Shown piece by piece: positions 17,870 to 27,440 of a stretch of 64,000 nt of DNA. A model generated the notes under the pieces. The model was not told the DNA's origin and searched no databases. It was given only the letters and a program-made list of their open reading frames with translations. Source of the stretch: Spirulina sp. Its GTDB lineage: Bacteria; Cyanobacteriota; Cyanobacteriia; Phormidesmidales; Phormidesmidaceae. Position 1 is the stretch's first letter; the number at the start of each line of letters is the position of its first letter. The stretch covers positions 32,001-96,000 of the forward strand of contig JBIPSI010000005.1 in the NCBI GenBank assembly GCA_044070495.1, in the 5' to 3' direction. The translations under genes were made by a program, and so were the position numbers.

Positions 17870-18508
17870 CTAGGGTGCCGCAGCCGACAGTTCTTTATTG
17901 CTGACACCATTAGCTTCGTTGCCGTTGGGCTGGCGGGGTTGGATGAGGCCATAGCCGCCGTGGTTGCGTTCATAGACCACGTTGATTTCGTTGGTGTCCG
18001 CATTGAGGAACATATAGAAATCGTGGTCGATCAGCATCAGTTGTTCCAGGGCATCGGACACCGTCATCGGCGGCATCGCGAAGTATTTGGCCCGGATCAC
18101 CTCTTCCGGCAGTTGAGGTTCGGCGTTGTTCAGCACCTCCGTGACGTTGGTAACGGGCGCTTCGTTCAAGTAGGCTTCTGTGGTTTTGCCCAGACTGCCG
18201 TGCTTGCGGTCGTTGCGCTTTTCTTTGAACTTGCGGAGTTGGCGGCTAATTTTATCGGCAACTAGATCGATACTGGCGTATAGGTTTTCGCTGCTTTCCT
18301 CAGCCCGCACAATGGCCCCATCGACATAGAGCGTTACCTCTGCCGACTGCTTGGAGCTAATCCGAGGATTGCGCGCCACCGATAGGTGAACGTCAACCTC
18401 GTTGGTCAGATGATTGAAGTGGCTGACCGCCTTGAGGATCTTCTGCTCCACATAGTCGCGAATTGCATCGGTAATCTCGATATTTCTGCCATGGATAACC
18501 AGTTTCAT
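17870..18508 (-). CDS. hpf: Ribosome hibernation factor LrtA / long HPF
   Basis: [58 protein letters not shown]. Confidence 0.95.
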   Translation of the reverse strand: MKLVIHGRNIEITDAIRDYVEQKILKAVSHFNHLTNEVDVHLSVARNPRISSKQSAEVTLYVDGAIVRAEESSENLYASIDLVADKISRQLRKFKEKRNDRKHGSLGKTTEAYLNEAPVTNVTEVLNNAEPQLPEEVIRAKYFAMPPMTVSDALEQLMLIDHDFYMFLNADTNEINVVYERNHGGYGLIQPRQPNGNEANGVSNKELSAAAP

Positions 18509-18675
18509 AATAAAGCGGACTCCTTGAAACGTCGGCTTATGACTTCACCCTAGCACCTTGTATTCTGCACAACACTGTCCGTTAGAATCCTTTGCATGGG
18601 TTGATAATTCTTGATTGCTACCTCCGCAATTCTCCACAGTTCATCACATTTTCCAGTTGTTGTACGGTTGACAAG

Positions 18676-19374
18676 ATGGGGCACGACGACCAAAAGATCC
18701 GGCCTTTATGCGAGGTGTATCCCCTAGGGTTGATGCCCTATGAGGACGCCTGGACCCTACAAAAGGCATGGGTTTCGCGCCATCGACAATCCCCCCAGCC
18801 CGACCGTCTGCTGCTGGTAGAGCATCCCCCGGTCTACACCCTGGGGCAAGGATCCACCGTAGAAAATCTTAAATTTCTAGAGAGTGATCCTCCCCACCCC
18901 CTGTTTCGCATCGAGCGCGGCGGCGAAGTGACCCACCACTGCCCCGGCCAACTGGTGGGCTATCCGATCCTCGATCTCAAGCGCCACCAGACCGATCTGC
19001 ATTGGTATCTGCGGCAGTTGGAAGAGGTGGTGATTCAAACTCTGGCCGCGTTGGATATCCCCGGCACCCGCCAACCGGGCCTAACGGGGGTGTGGGTGGG
19101 CGATACCAAACTGGCGGCCATCGGCATCAAGGTTAGCCGCTGGATTACTATGCACGGTTTTGCCCTCAACGTTTGTCCTGACCTATCCGGCTTTGAGGCC
19201 ATCGTTCCCTGCGGCATTGCCGATAAATCCGTGGGCAGCGTGGCGCAATTTTGTCCCGGCATCACCGTGGCGGAGGTGGTGCCCGTGGTGAAGCAGTCGT
19301 TCAGCCAGGTGTTTGCGCTAGATCTTATGGATATCGCTATTCAACAGCAGGGGCACCCACAACGACACTTTTAG
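18676..19374 (+). CDS. lipB: Octanoyltransferase
   Basis: [47 protein letters not shown]; start approximate. Confidence 0.93.
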   Translation: MGHDDQKIRPLCEVYPLGLMPYEDAWTLQKAWVSRHRQSPQPDRLLLVEHPPVYTLGQGSTVENLKFLESDPPHPLFRIERGGEVTHHCPGQLVGYPILDLKRHQTDLHWYLRQLEEVVIQTLAALDIPGTRQPGLTGVWVGDTKLAAIGIKVSRWITMHGFALNVCPDLSGFEAIVPCGIADKSVGSVAQFCPGITVAEVVPVVKQSFSQVFALDLMDIAIQQQGHPQRHF

Positions 19375-19397
19375 GTTTATCAGGATTGAAGAAACCC

Positions 19398-19426
19398 TTG
19401 CAGTCAACTTCGCAAATTGCTAAGAT
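19398..19426 (+). promoter_or_regulatory. higBA promoter with embedded palindromic operator
   Basis: -35 TTGCAG 19398-19403, 17 bp, -10 TAAGAT 19421-19426; near-palindrome TTCGCAAATTGCTAA at 19409-19423. Confidence 0.6.
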
Positions 19427-19512
19427 CGCCTAAACAGTTATGAACGTTCTAAATCCCCCTTGGTTGAGTAGCTGCCGTTAAGTATTGTCTGCGCTGACCT
19501 ACAAGGCTATTC

Positions 19513-19815
19513 ATGCACATTATTACGCGTTCCCGATTGGTTGAGTTTTGGGAGAAGCACCCTAATTCTAAGATAAGCCTGTTGCTTTGGTATAAGTTAG
19601 CTAGCACGGCTAATTGGCAAAATTTTGTAGAATTACGACAAGTTTTTTCTTCTGCCGATCAGGTCATGAATTTCACAATTTTCAATATAGGAGGCAATAA
19701 GTATCGTCTAATTGCATTGGTAGATTATAGCTATCAGAAAATTTTTATTCGACATGTTCTTACCCATGCAGAATATGACAAGGGCGACTGGAGGAAAGAT
19801 AGTTGGTATAAGTAG
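19513..19815 (+). CDS. higB: HigB-family mRNA interferase toxin
   Basis: MHIITRSRLVEFW, IFNIGGNKYRLI, LTHAEYDK. Confidence 0.9.
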   Translation: MHIITRSRLVEFWEKHPNSKISLLLWYKLASTANWQNFVELRQVFSSADQVMNFTIFNIGGNKYRLIALVDYSYQKIFIRHVLTHAEYDKGDWRKDSWYK

Positions 19816-19945
19816 CCTGAGTCTCTTGGCGCGATGAAGAACGAGGTAAACAAAATCTTTTACCAGTAGGTACTTTAGGCTTGATACTTATTTTGAATAG
19901 CCAGAGCATCTCATGTCAGTTCATTCTTGAGGTAAGGAGAAAACA

Positions 19946-20353
19946 ATGATTGTGACTGAGGCTGATAGCTACCGTGATCTTCTCCAACAGTTTCCACCCC
20001 GTCCTATCAAGTCTGAGGCAGAATTGATGGCAACTCAGGCATTTATTGATTCCTTGCTAGACTCCGATGAGATAACAGCCGACAAGCGAGATTACATTCA
20101 TCTGCTGGGAATGCTTGTTCATGACTATGAGGAAAAATACGTTACTATTCCAGATCTCAGTGGTGTGGAACTGCTTAAAGCACTGATCGATGAATTTGAT
20201 CTTAAGCAAAAAGATTTAACCCCTATTTTTAAAACTGAATCTATTATCTCTGAAGTTCTCAATGGTCGGCGTGGTTTTACTGTAGAACATATTGAAAAGC
20301 TGGCGAACTTTTTTCATGTTTCTCCTTCAGTCTTCTTTAGTCGATCAGCGTGA
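19946..20353 (+). CDS. higA: HigA-family antitoxin with HTH
   Basis: FPPRPIKSE, LVHDYE, LKQKDL..IF..ESIISEVLNGRR..T.EHIEKLA.FF. Confidence 0.88.
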   Translation: MIVTEADSYRDLLQQFPPRPIKSEAELMATQAFIDSLLDSDEITADKRDYIHLLGMLVHDYEEKYVTIPDLSGVELLKALIDEFDLKQKDLTPIFKTESIISEVLNGRRGFTVEHIEKLANFFHVSPSVFFSRSA

Positions 20354-20400
20354 TGAGGTGATTTAGATGAGATGAGATGAGATGTTTTTCAACGGAGTAC

Positions 20401-20551
20401 TATAGCGGTTCTCGATAGAGTGAGGTACACCGTTGCCGGGTTCTAGATCCCCCCAGTATCTAGCGGTCTAAGTTTTGCTCTGTACCCCCCCTTATCAAGG
20501 GGGGCAGGGGGGATCCCCAAAATGTACTTCACTCGATTGGAATCCGCTATA
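20401..20551. mobile_element. MITE-like element (151 bp) with imperfect 29-bp terminal inverted repeats starting TATAGCGG
   Basis: Left TATAGCGGTTCTCGATAGAGTGAGGTACA versus reverse-complemented right TATAGCGGATTCCAATCGAGTGAAGTACA (23/29 identical); internal CCCCCTTATCAAGGGGG hairpin. Confidence 0.75.
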
Positions 20552-20596
20552 AGTTATGGTGACAACGCTGAGAGTTCTTCCAGATTTATGAACGCT

Positions 20597-20628
20597 AAAA
20601 ACCCCCTCAGGGCAAGCCCGTCGGGGGT
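20597..20628 (-). terminator. Probable chlP terminator
   Basis: ACCCCC...GGGGGT stem followed by a T run on the minus strand. Confidence 0.5.
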
Positions 20629-20653
20629 AATCAGAGGGTTAATCTAGCCGACC

Positions 20654-21889
20654 CTACCAGCTCCGAGTAGGAGCCAAGGCGTGGCCGCGAATCAGGCTAC
20701 CCACGGTTTTGGCGGTGATTTTCATCTGCACTAGGGGGTTGGCAGGCACCACGGTTTTGTAGAGGTAGCTGTCGAAGGTGAGCTTCTGCACGTCGATGTC
20801 CGAGCACATTTCCACGAAGGCTTCACGGGTGGCGTCGGAACGGTAGAACACCGTTTGCAGCAGATCCAGCACCTTGTAGGTCATGCCGTACTGCTTGTCC
20901 CACCGCTTCAGGTAGATTTTCAGCTCGTCTTCGGTGGGGATGCGCTGACCGCCGTTGGAGAATTCCACGATGGTTTCGGCGCACATGCGGGCCGACTTGG
21001 CGGCAAAGTAGATGCCTTCGCCGGAGGACTTGGTGACGGTACCAGCGGCATCGCCCACCAGGGCCACCCGACCCACCACCCGACGAGGGCGGGGATGCTC
21101 AGGGATGGGGTGCGCTTCCACTTTGATGATTTCGCCGCCTTCCAAACGCTTGGCGGCACGGGCGCGGATCCCGGCCTGGAGCTGCTTGATTTTGGCTTGG
21201 TTCACCCGCATGGTGCCGGTGCCCACGGCGACGTGGTCGTACTTGGGGAACACCCAGGCGTAGAAGTCGGGGGAGACATCGTTGCCGACGTACATTTCCG
21301 CCAGGTCTTCGTAGTAGGCCATTTTGTCTTCGGGCAGACGAATCCGCTCTTGGAAGGCGATGGCGTAGTTGTAGTCCCCGGCATCAATGGCCTTGGCCAC
21401 GCGGGAGTTCGCGCCATCGGCCCCAATCACCAGATCCACTTGCAGCGATTTGTTGTCGCCCACCAGACCGTCTTCGCGGTGCTCGGTGTAGTGGAGGGTG
21501 TAGGGTTGGTTGCTGGATTTGGGCAGGTCTAGGGCGTAGACGGTGCCGTTGATTAGCTTGGCCCCCAGCTTAGCGGCCCGATCCCGCATGAAGCCATCCA
21601 TCACTTCGCGGCGGCACATGCCGATGTACTCGTCATCCTTCAGCGTGCTGCCGATGTTGACTTCAATATTGGAGGGGGAGATCATCTTCATCTTCCGCAC
21701 CCGGCGGTCGATGATGCTGGGGGGCAGGTCAAACTCGTCCACCATGCAGAGGGGAATGGCCCCACCGCAGGGCTTGGCGTTGTCTAACTTGCGCTCAAAC
21801 AAATAGGTTTCGATACCGGCTTTTACTAAAGTCTCGGCAGCCGAGGAGCCTGCCGGACCTGATCCTACTACTGCTACCCGAAGTGACAA
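20654..21889 (-). CDS. chlP: Geranylgeranyl reductase
   Basis: LRVAVVGSGPAG, AKPCGGAIP, GDAAG, GEGIYFA, DSYLYK; TTG start inferred. Confidence 0.96.
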   Translation of the reverse strand: MSLRVAVVGSGPAGSSAAETLVKAGIETYLFERKLDNAKPCGGAIPLCMVDEFDLPPSIIDRRVRKMKMISPSNIEVNIGSTLKDDEYIGMCRREVMDGFMRDRAAKLGAKLINGTVYALDLPKSSNQPYTLHYTEHREDGLVGDNKSLQVDLVIGADGANSRVAKAIDAGDYNYAIAFQERIRLPEDKMAYYEDLAEMYVGNDVSPDFYAWVFPKYDHVAVGTGTMRVNQAKIKQLQAGIRARAAKRLEGGEIIKVEAHPIPEHPRPRRVVGRVALVGDAAGTVTKSSGEGIYFAAKSARMCAETIVEFSNGGQRIPTEDELKIYLKRWDKQYGMTYKVLDLLQTVFYRSDATREAFVEMCSDIDVQKLTFDSYLYKTVVPANPLVQMKITAKTVGSLIRGHALAPTRSW

Positions 21890-22105
21890 GGATGTGTCTC
21901 CCAAAATCGCAAAAGCTACGAGAGGCATCGTATCACGCCAATTTGGGCATTTCGGGCCGCCCCTGAGAGGATGTAACCGGATTGAAACACTCGTTTACAA
22001 TGCGATACCTGGATCGGGGACGGATCTATTTCTTGGCCAGAGAGTTTTCTATCGACGCCTCGGACGATGCCTTAGATAGGGAAGACCCTGTGCCCTGCGC
22101 CCCCA

Positions 22106-22138
22106 GTGTTGGGTTCCGCTTCGCTGCACCCAACCTAC
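22106..22138. repeat. REP-like small dispersed repeat
   Basis: GTGTTGGGTTCCGCTTCGCTGCACCCAACCTAC; near-identical inverted copy at 32717-32749. Confidence 0.75.
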
Positions 22139-22210
22139 TTTGGAGAGGTGTCAGGCAATCAGGACTAGGGTGGGCAATCTGGATTTTAGGATTGATGTTG
22201 GTAGGAATTA

Positions 22211-22801
22211 TCAAAACGTACAGTTTTGGGCTAGGGCCACCTTAAGCAAGCTTTTGTATTCTCGTTCGGGCACGATGTAGGCCCCAAACCGGGAAAGATG
22301 GGGGTTCATCATTTGGGCATCAAATAAAACAAAATGTTGTCGTCTGAGGTGTTCTACCAGCTTCACCATGGCCACCTTAGACCCCTCAGAAATACGAAAA
22401 AACATCGACTCGCCAATGAATGCCCCGCCAATCACCAGGCCCAGCACGCCGCCTGCCAGTTCGTTGCCCTGCCAGGTTTCAAAACTGTAGGCCCAGCCCA
22501 TTTGATAGAGATCCCAATACACCTGCTTGAGTTCCTCGGAGATCCAGGTAGTGTCTCGGTCGGCGCAGCCTTCGACCACATCTTGAAAAGCCTGATTAAT
22601 AGCCACCCGGAAGCGGTTTTGGTTGAGTACTCGCCGCAACGATTTGGGATATCGAAACCGTTGGTCGAGGGGAATAAGCGTGCGTTGACGACTTGCGTAC
22701 CAGCCGAGGGTGTTGCCGTCGTCGTCGGCCATCAAAAAATAGCCTCGGGAGTAGCCGTCAATGATGGCGTCAATGTCGTATCGAGGGGGGCGCAAGGTCA
22801 C
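22211..22801 (-). CDS. aat: Leucyl/phenylalanyl-tRNA--protein transferase
   Basis: YSRGYFLMAD, TWI, AYSFETW, AFIGESMF, SKVAMVKL, LFDAQ. Confidence 0.92.
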   Translation of the reverse strand: MTLRPPRYDIDAIIDGYSRGYFLMADDDGNTLGWYASRQRTLIPLDQRFRYPKSLRRVLNQNRFRVAINQAFQDVVEGCADRDTTWISEELKQVYWDLYQMGWAYSFETWQGNELAGGVLGLVIGGAFIGESMFFRISEGSKVAMVKLVEHLRRQHFVLFDAQMMNPHLSRFGAYIVPEREYKSLLKVALAQNCTF

Positions 22802-22963
22802 CGGGGTTTTCTCCGTAACGCTGTTTTCATTATCCCTTAACCCCCGTCCTGCATTCCCAGGGGCATCAGGCCGCAGGGGCGAGTAACAGACTGTGTCCTA
22901 AGTCTTTCCAGGCCAAAATCCCTTGCTTAGCATGGAGGGACTATCTCTTTTTGGGAAATCGCC

Positions 22964-23506
22964 ATGTTTTTGAATCAATGGAAGGGGGCTGTCGTGGCCC
23001 TGGTTGGGGTGCTGCTCTCCTTTGCGGGGATTAAACCTGCCCCCGCTGTCCCCTTGGCCGAGCCAGAACCCTCCCTAGCCCAGGCGGCTTGCCCTAGCGA
23101 ATGGCAAACTCGCCAGCGCTATGCGCGGGTAATTACAGAACGGGATCCGCTGCGAATTCGGGCCACCCCCAATGGTCGAGCGATTGGGTCGGTGCCGAAG
23201 GGCTGGGCCGTGGTGGTGCTAGAGCGTGACCCTAGCGGCCAATGGACAAGAATTACTAGCCATTTTGGCGAATATACCAACGACGCCGAATTTGCCTCAG
23301 CTCCCTACTTTCGCGATGGCTGGGTGGCAACGCGCTTTTTGCGAGATCTGGGTGAGTTTTGCGAAAAACCCATGGCCATGGGCGTTGCGCCTCTGGTGTC
23401 CTCGGCTCAGCCTGCCCCCGCTGCCGATTGGCTGGCCCTAGGGGATGAGATTGCCCAGGCCTCCCAGGCTCAACCTGCCCGAACCCAGTCCACGGATCAG
23501 GAATGA
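22964..23506 (+). CDS. Secreted SH3b-like domain protein
   Basis: Signal peptide; PLRIRATPNG..IG, W.RI, GWVA. Confidence 0.7.
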   Translation: MFLNQWKGAVVALVGVLLSFAGIKPAPAVPLAEPEPSLAQAACPSEWQTRQRYARVITERDPLRIRATPNGRAIGSVPKGWAVVVLERDPSGQWTRITSHFGEYTNDAEFASAPYFRDGWVATRFLRDLGEFCEKPMAMGVAPLVSSAQPAPAADWLALGDEIAQASQAQPARTQSTDQE

Positions 23507-25989
23507 TCGACGGGCGACAACCTGCGCCACCGGCCCTTGTCCAAGATCGACTAGCGGCGGTGCTGCAAGCCGCGATGGATGCCCCTGGCAACGGGCCTCG
23601 GTTGCGGGCGGCGGGGCTGGTGGCGGCGTTCTTTGACGGGGTAGAACAACCTCAGCCATCCCAAGGCCGACCTGGAAACCCCCGATTTCCCGCCTACCCA
23701 ACCGTAGGGGCGAGGTCTCCTCGCCCGCTCATACCGGGGGTAAACCAGCCGAATTTACGATTAGTGGCGGATTGGGCAGAGCGATTCACTCAAATTCCGA
23801 TCCTCACCAAGGCGGAGATTCGTTCCCAACCCGGATTATTTTTGGCCTCGGTAGCTAGGATCGCCTATCGGGGCAGCACCAGCGGTAGCCGGGGCCAAGC
23901 CTACGAATTTTTTGCCGGGGCCGATTGGAACCAAGCCCGCATCCAGGCTCGTGAGCGAAGTTTAGCCTGGTGGGGCATTTCCCCAGCGGTACCAATTCTC
24001 AACCTAAACAGTCGGCTGATGCCTGGTCGGACGGGGGATCTGGCCCTAGGTGGCCCCCTTAGTACTGAAATGATGGCGGGGTTGGTGGAAAGCTTGCGCC
24101 ACACCCCCATGGCCCTGCGCGGCTACCCCAGCCGATTGTGCGAGGTGGCCTCTGAGTTAACCGAATCCTTGCCATCGGTGCGGGCTGTGATCTGCACGGG
24201 AGAGCCCCTGTTTGACCATCAGAAACACCTGTTAGAAGCGGTGTTTCAGGCTCCGGTAGTGAACGAGTATGGCTGCCACGAATCGGCGGCCTTTGGCATG
24301 ACCTGCCCAGAGGCGGGCCGCCTGCACCTCGACGAACACCGCTGTTTCTACGAAATTTTGGATCAACACCTGATCACCACGGATTTGTGGAACGAAACCA
24401 TACCGCTGGTTCGTTACCAAAGCGGCGATTTGGTGCAGCCCTACGCCACCCCCTGCCCCTGCGGTCGCCCTGGGCTAACGGTGGACATCCTAGGCCGCAT
24501 GGAGGATCGCGTCACCACCCTTAACGGCCTGGTGCCCACCGGAAACGTTCCCCTGCCGCCGCTGCCGGGGATTTCCCACTACCGCATCCAGCGGATAGCA
24601 CCGGGGCAAGTGTTGGCCTGGGCGAAACCTGCTTCGGAACAGTTGGTCAATCCGTCTCAACCTCAGGATGGCCTCGCATCCAAGCAGAATCCTCTCAACC
24701 CAAGTCGGCAGGATCCCAGATTTTCCGAAGCCCAAGAGAGCCTAAACACCTGGGTACAAGACACCTTTGGCCCCAGCCGCGTCGCCATTACCTGGGCCGA
24801 ATCTAGCTTGGCTGAATCCATTCCCCCCGCACCCTGGACGGATCAACAGTGGCAAACCGTAGTGACCCAGCAATCGTTGGGGGCTTGGTTGCAAACTGGG
24901 GCCATGCCCACCGGAGAAGCCCAGTCCATCGCCGCACTGCTAAAGGATTTAGTGAGTCCCACGGTGATTGGTCAGCCGTTGCCCTGGGTCATGCAGAAAA
25001 AAATTGCTGACCTCGTCGATAGGCCCCCCCTAGCCGATCCAGCCCTGGAAATTCTGCGATGGCGAGTCTTGCTGTTGGCAACGAGTGTGTTGCCCCAGTC
25101 CCAGGCTGAAACCCTCTATGGTCAGACCCTAGATCGGCTTCAGTCCATGCCCCTTCCTGCCTCCGCCTGGTTAGATAGCCTCATTCCCAGCCTGCACCTG
25201 CCTACCGAAATCACCGCCCTCGCCTGGGCCGATCTGATGGCTTCCCAGCGCCATAATTTTGGGGAGGTGTGGCCCCTCGATCCCCTCAACGCCCACCACC
25301 TACTCGCCGCCTTTGATGGGGTGATCCATCGCCAAGCACCCCCAAAACGTCCCCCTGTGGCCAAGGCTCTCACGCCCCTGCTGGCGGTTCTAGTAGGGGA
25401 TTTGCGTCAATGGGCCTCAGAATTTACCCCAGATCACCTGCTGCACTGGATCGCCCTCGTTCAGGGAAAAACACCTGTTGATCTAACGGATTCAGCCTCC
25501 ACAACATCCCTGGATACAGGCCACCTCAGTCCTTTTGCCAAGGCTTGGCTAACCTGGCGACAGCGCCTTATTCAGGGTTCCTCAGGCCTGACTTGTGACT
25601 CAGCCCTAGAGCAGGATTGGCACACCCTCAAAGCGGCGACCCCAGCCGGTCAGCAAGCCCGCCTTTGGATCGAGTGGGGCTATGGTCAACGGGTGCAGGG
25701 GCAAGCCCTCGATCCGGCCCAGTGGCTCCCCATCCTAGACACCCACATACCGGGATGGCTGGATCCAGCCCAGTCCCCCCCAGCGGGCATCACCCCCTGG
25801 TTGCCCATTGTGCAAGCCTTGGCCCAGCCCCTTCACCGTCAGGGACAGGTGGAGTTGGCCTATCGCTGTTTGCAGGTGGCGGCCCTGGCTCCTCGGCAAT
25901 CAATGGCCTTTGCGGCGTTGACCCAGCACTACAACACAAAGCAAGCCGTCCTGGTGGATTTGCTGCCCTGGCAGGGGGCCGAGGGATGA
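23503..25989 (+). CDS. PaaK/CapK-like adenylate-forming enzyme with long helical C-terminal extension
   Basis: STSGSRG, GYPSRL, TGEPL, NEYGCHE, PLVRYQSGD, CPCGR, GR.ED. Confidence 0.8.
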   Translation: MIDGRQPAPPALVQDRLAAVLQAAMDAPGNGPRLRAAGLVAAFFDGVEQPQPSQGRPGNPRFPAYPTVGARSPRPLIPGVNQPNLRLVADWAERFTQIPILTKAEIRSQPGLFLASVARIAYRGSTSGSRGQAYEFFAGADWNQARIQARERSLAWWGISPAVPILNLNSRLMPGRTGDLALGGPLSTEMMAGLVESLRHTPMALRGYPSRLCEVASELTESLPSVRAVICTGEPLFDHQKHLLEAVFQAPVVNEYGCHESAAFGMTCPEAGRLHLDEHRCFYEILDQHLITTDLWNETIPLVRYQSGDLVQPYATPCPCGRPGLTVDILGRMEDRVTTLNGLVPTGNVPLPPLPGISHYRIQRIAPGQVLAWAKPASEQLVNPSQPQDGLASKQNPLNPSRQDPRFSEAQESLNTWVQDTFGPSRVAITWAESSLAESIPPAPWTDQQWQTVVTQQSLGAWLQTGAMPTGEAQSIAALLKDLVSPTVIGQPLPWVMQKKIADLVDRPPLADPALEILRWRVLLLATSVLPQSQAETLYGQTLDRLQSMPLPASAWLDSLIPSLHLPTEITALAWADLMASQRHNFGEVWPLDPLNAHHLLAAFDGVIHRQAPPKRPPVAKALTPLLAVLVGDLRQWASEFTPDHLLHWIALVQGKTPVDLTDSASTTSLDTGHLSPFAKAWLTWRQRLIQGSSGLTCDSALEQDWHTLKAATPAGQQARLWIEWGYGQRVQGQALDPAQWLPILDTHIPGWLDPAQSPPAGITPWLPIVQALAQPLHRQGQVELAYRCLQVAALAPRQSMAFAALTQHYNTKQAVLVDLLPWQGAEG

Positions 25990-27440
25990 CCGTGACTTCG
26001 ACCGTGACTTCGACCGTGACCTCAACAGAGCCGTTGCTGATTCTGGACGGTCGCTTTGTGTCAGCGGAAATGGTGGCGGCAGCGATGGCTAAACGTCCGC
26101 CAGACCTGCCTAACCATCGGTGGGTGGTGCTGGTATCGGGGGATTTTTCTGAGGATTTTTCTTGGGATTGTGGAAGGGTGAGGTTCTTGTCGGAGAGGGA
26201 TCTGGGTGGTGCATTCGCAAAGCAATGCACCCTACGGGGGTGGGTAGGGTATGGGGTGTTGGGGGAGGATGGGGGGTGGCCGTTTGGGGGGTTGCCTTGG
26301 CCAACGGAGGATTTCGTCCACGTTGACATGGGTTACCTGGCTCCCTGGTTGCCATCGCCTGGGTTTCCGAAAGAAACGGCCCAGGCTAGTCCTGAGGCTT
26401 CTACAGCCTGGATTGCTTCTACGGACTTGGTGCAGGCTGGTTTGACGGAGTTGCCTGGGGATCGCCCGTGGTCGCTGATGGATTTAGCGGAACGCCTGGA
26501 ACGGCGTCGGATTCTTTTTTCTTGGCGGGTTTGGGCCGGGGGCACAGAATCCTTGACGCCCTCCTCGGCAAAATCCTTGACGAAAGCTTGGCCAGACACC
26601 CCCACCCGCCCGCCACCCACCCACCCATCACCCCACCACCCCGCCACCCTTCTCGCCACCGTTCTCGCCATCGTGCCCCACTACCGCTGCGAACCCTGGC
26701 TGCGGCGTTGCTTGGCTGCCTTGGTCAACCAAACCCGCCCCCCCGATGGCATTGTGGTGGTGGACGATGGTTCCCCCCTGCCGCCAGCGGAGATTGTGGC
26801 CGAGTTCCCCACCGTGACCCTGCTGACCGCCCCTGCCACCGTTGGCCCCTACCGATTGGTGCAGCAGGTCATCCAAGACACCCATTACGACTATTACCTG
26901 TTCCAAGATGCCGATGATTGGTCGTTTTCGGAACGCCTTGCCCAGTTGTTAGCCGTTGCCGAACACACCCAGGCCGACCTAATCGGCACCCAAGAACTGC
27001 GCTGGGAATGCGAACCGGGTCGCCTTTTGCCCGTCCACTATCCCCTAGACGTGAACCTCGCCCTGGCGGAAAAACCGGGACACCCCCTGCTACACCCCAC
27101 CAGCCTGGTACGGCGGCAGTTGGTGATGGCGGTGGGAGGCTTTGCCACGGGCCTGCGCTTTGGCGGCGATACAGAATTTCTGCTGCGGGCCGCCTGGGTG
27201 GGGCGCATCCTCAACCTGCCCAGCTACGGCTATCTACGCCAAAAACGGCCCCACTCCCTCACCACCGATCCCCAAACGGGCCTAGATTCCCCCGCTCGCC
27301 AAGCCCTGCTAAAAGCCCTCAAACAACGCGCCCACCAAAACCGCACTGCCCACCGTCAGGGGCTTCCCCTTGACCTTAGCCCCCTCTGCCAAGCGCCCCC
27401 GATCCGCCTTCAGCACCACGCTGGCCCTGCCTTACCATGA
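25986..27440 (+). CDS. GT2 glycosyltransferase with N-terminal extension
   Basis: IVPHY, VVVDDGS, FQDADD, HPTSLVRR, GGF, DTEF; ATGA overlap gives start 25986. Confidence 0.82.
   Translation: MTVTSTVTSTVTSTEPLLILDGRFVSAEMVAAAMAKRPPDLPNHRWVVLVSGDFSEDFSWDCGRVRFLSERDLGGAFAKQCTLRGWVGYGVLGEDGGWPFGGLPWPTEDFVHVDMGYLAPWLPSPGFPKETAQASPEASTAWIASTDLVQAGLTELPGDRPWSLMDLAERLERRRILFSWRVWAGGTESLTPSSAKSLTKAWPDTPTRPPPTHPSPHHPATLLATVLAIVPHYRCEPWLRRCLAALVNQTRPPDGIVVVDDGSPLPPAEIVAEFPTVTLLTAPATVGPYRLVQQVIQDTHYDYYLFQDADDWSFSERLAQLLAVAEHTQADLIGTQELRWECEPGRLLPVHYPLDVNLALAEKPGHPLLHPTSLVRRQLVMAVGGFATGLRFGGDTEFLLRAAWVGRILNLPSYGYLRQKRPHSLTTDPQTGLDSPARQALLKALKQRAHQNRTAHRQGLPLDLSPLCQAPPIRLQHHAGPALP

Noticed and set aside
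25617..25985. N-terminal extension of the 607-aa GT2 ORF
   Set aside because: Overlaps the upstream gene by 370 bp; ATGA coupling supports start 25986
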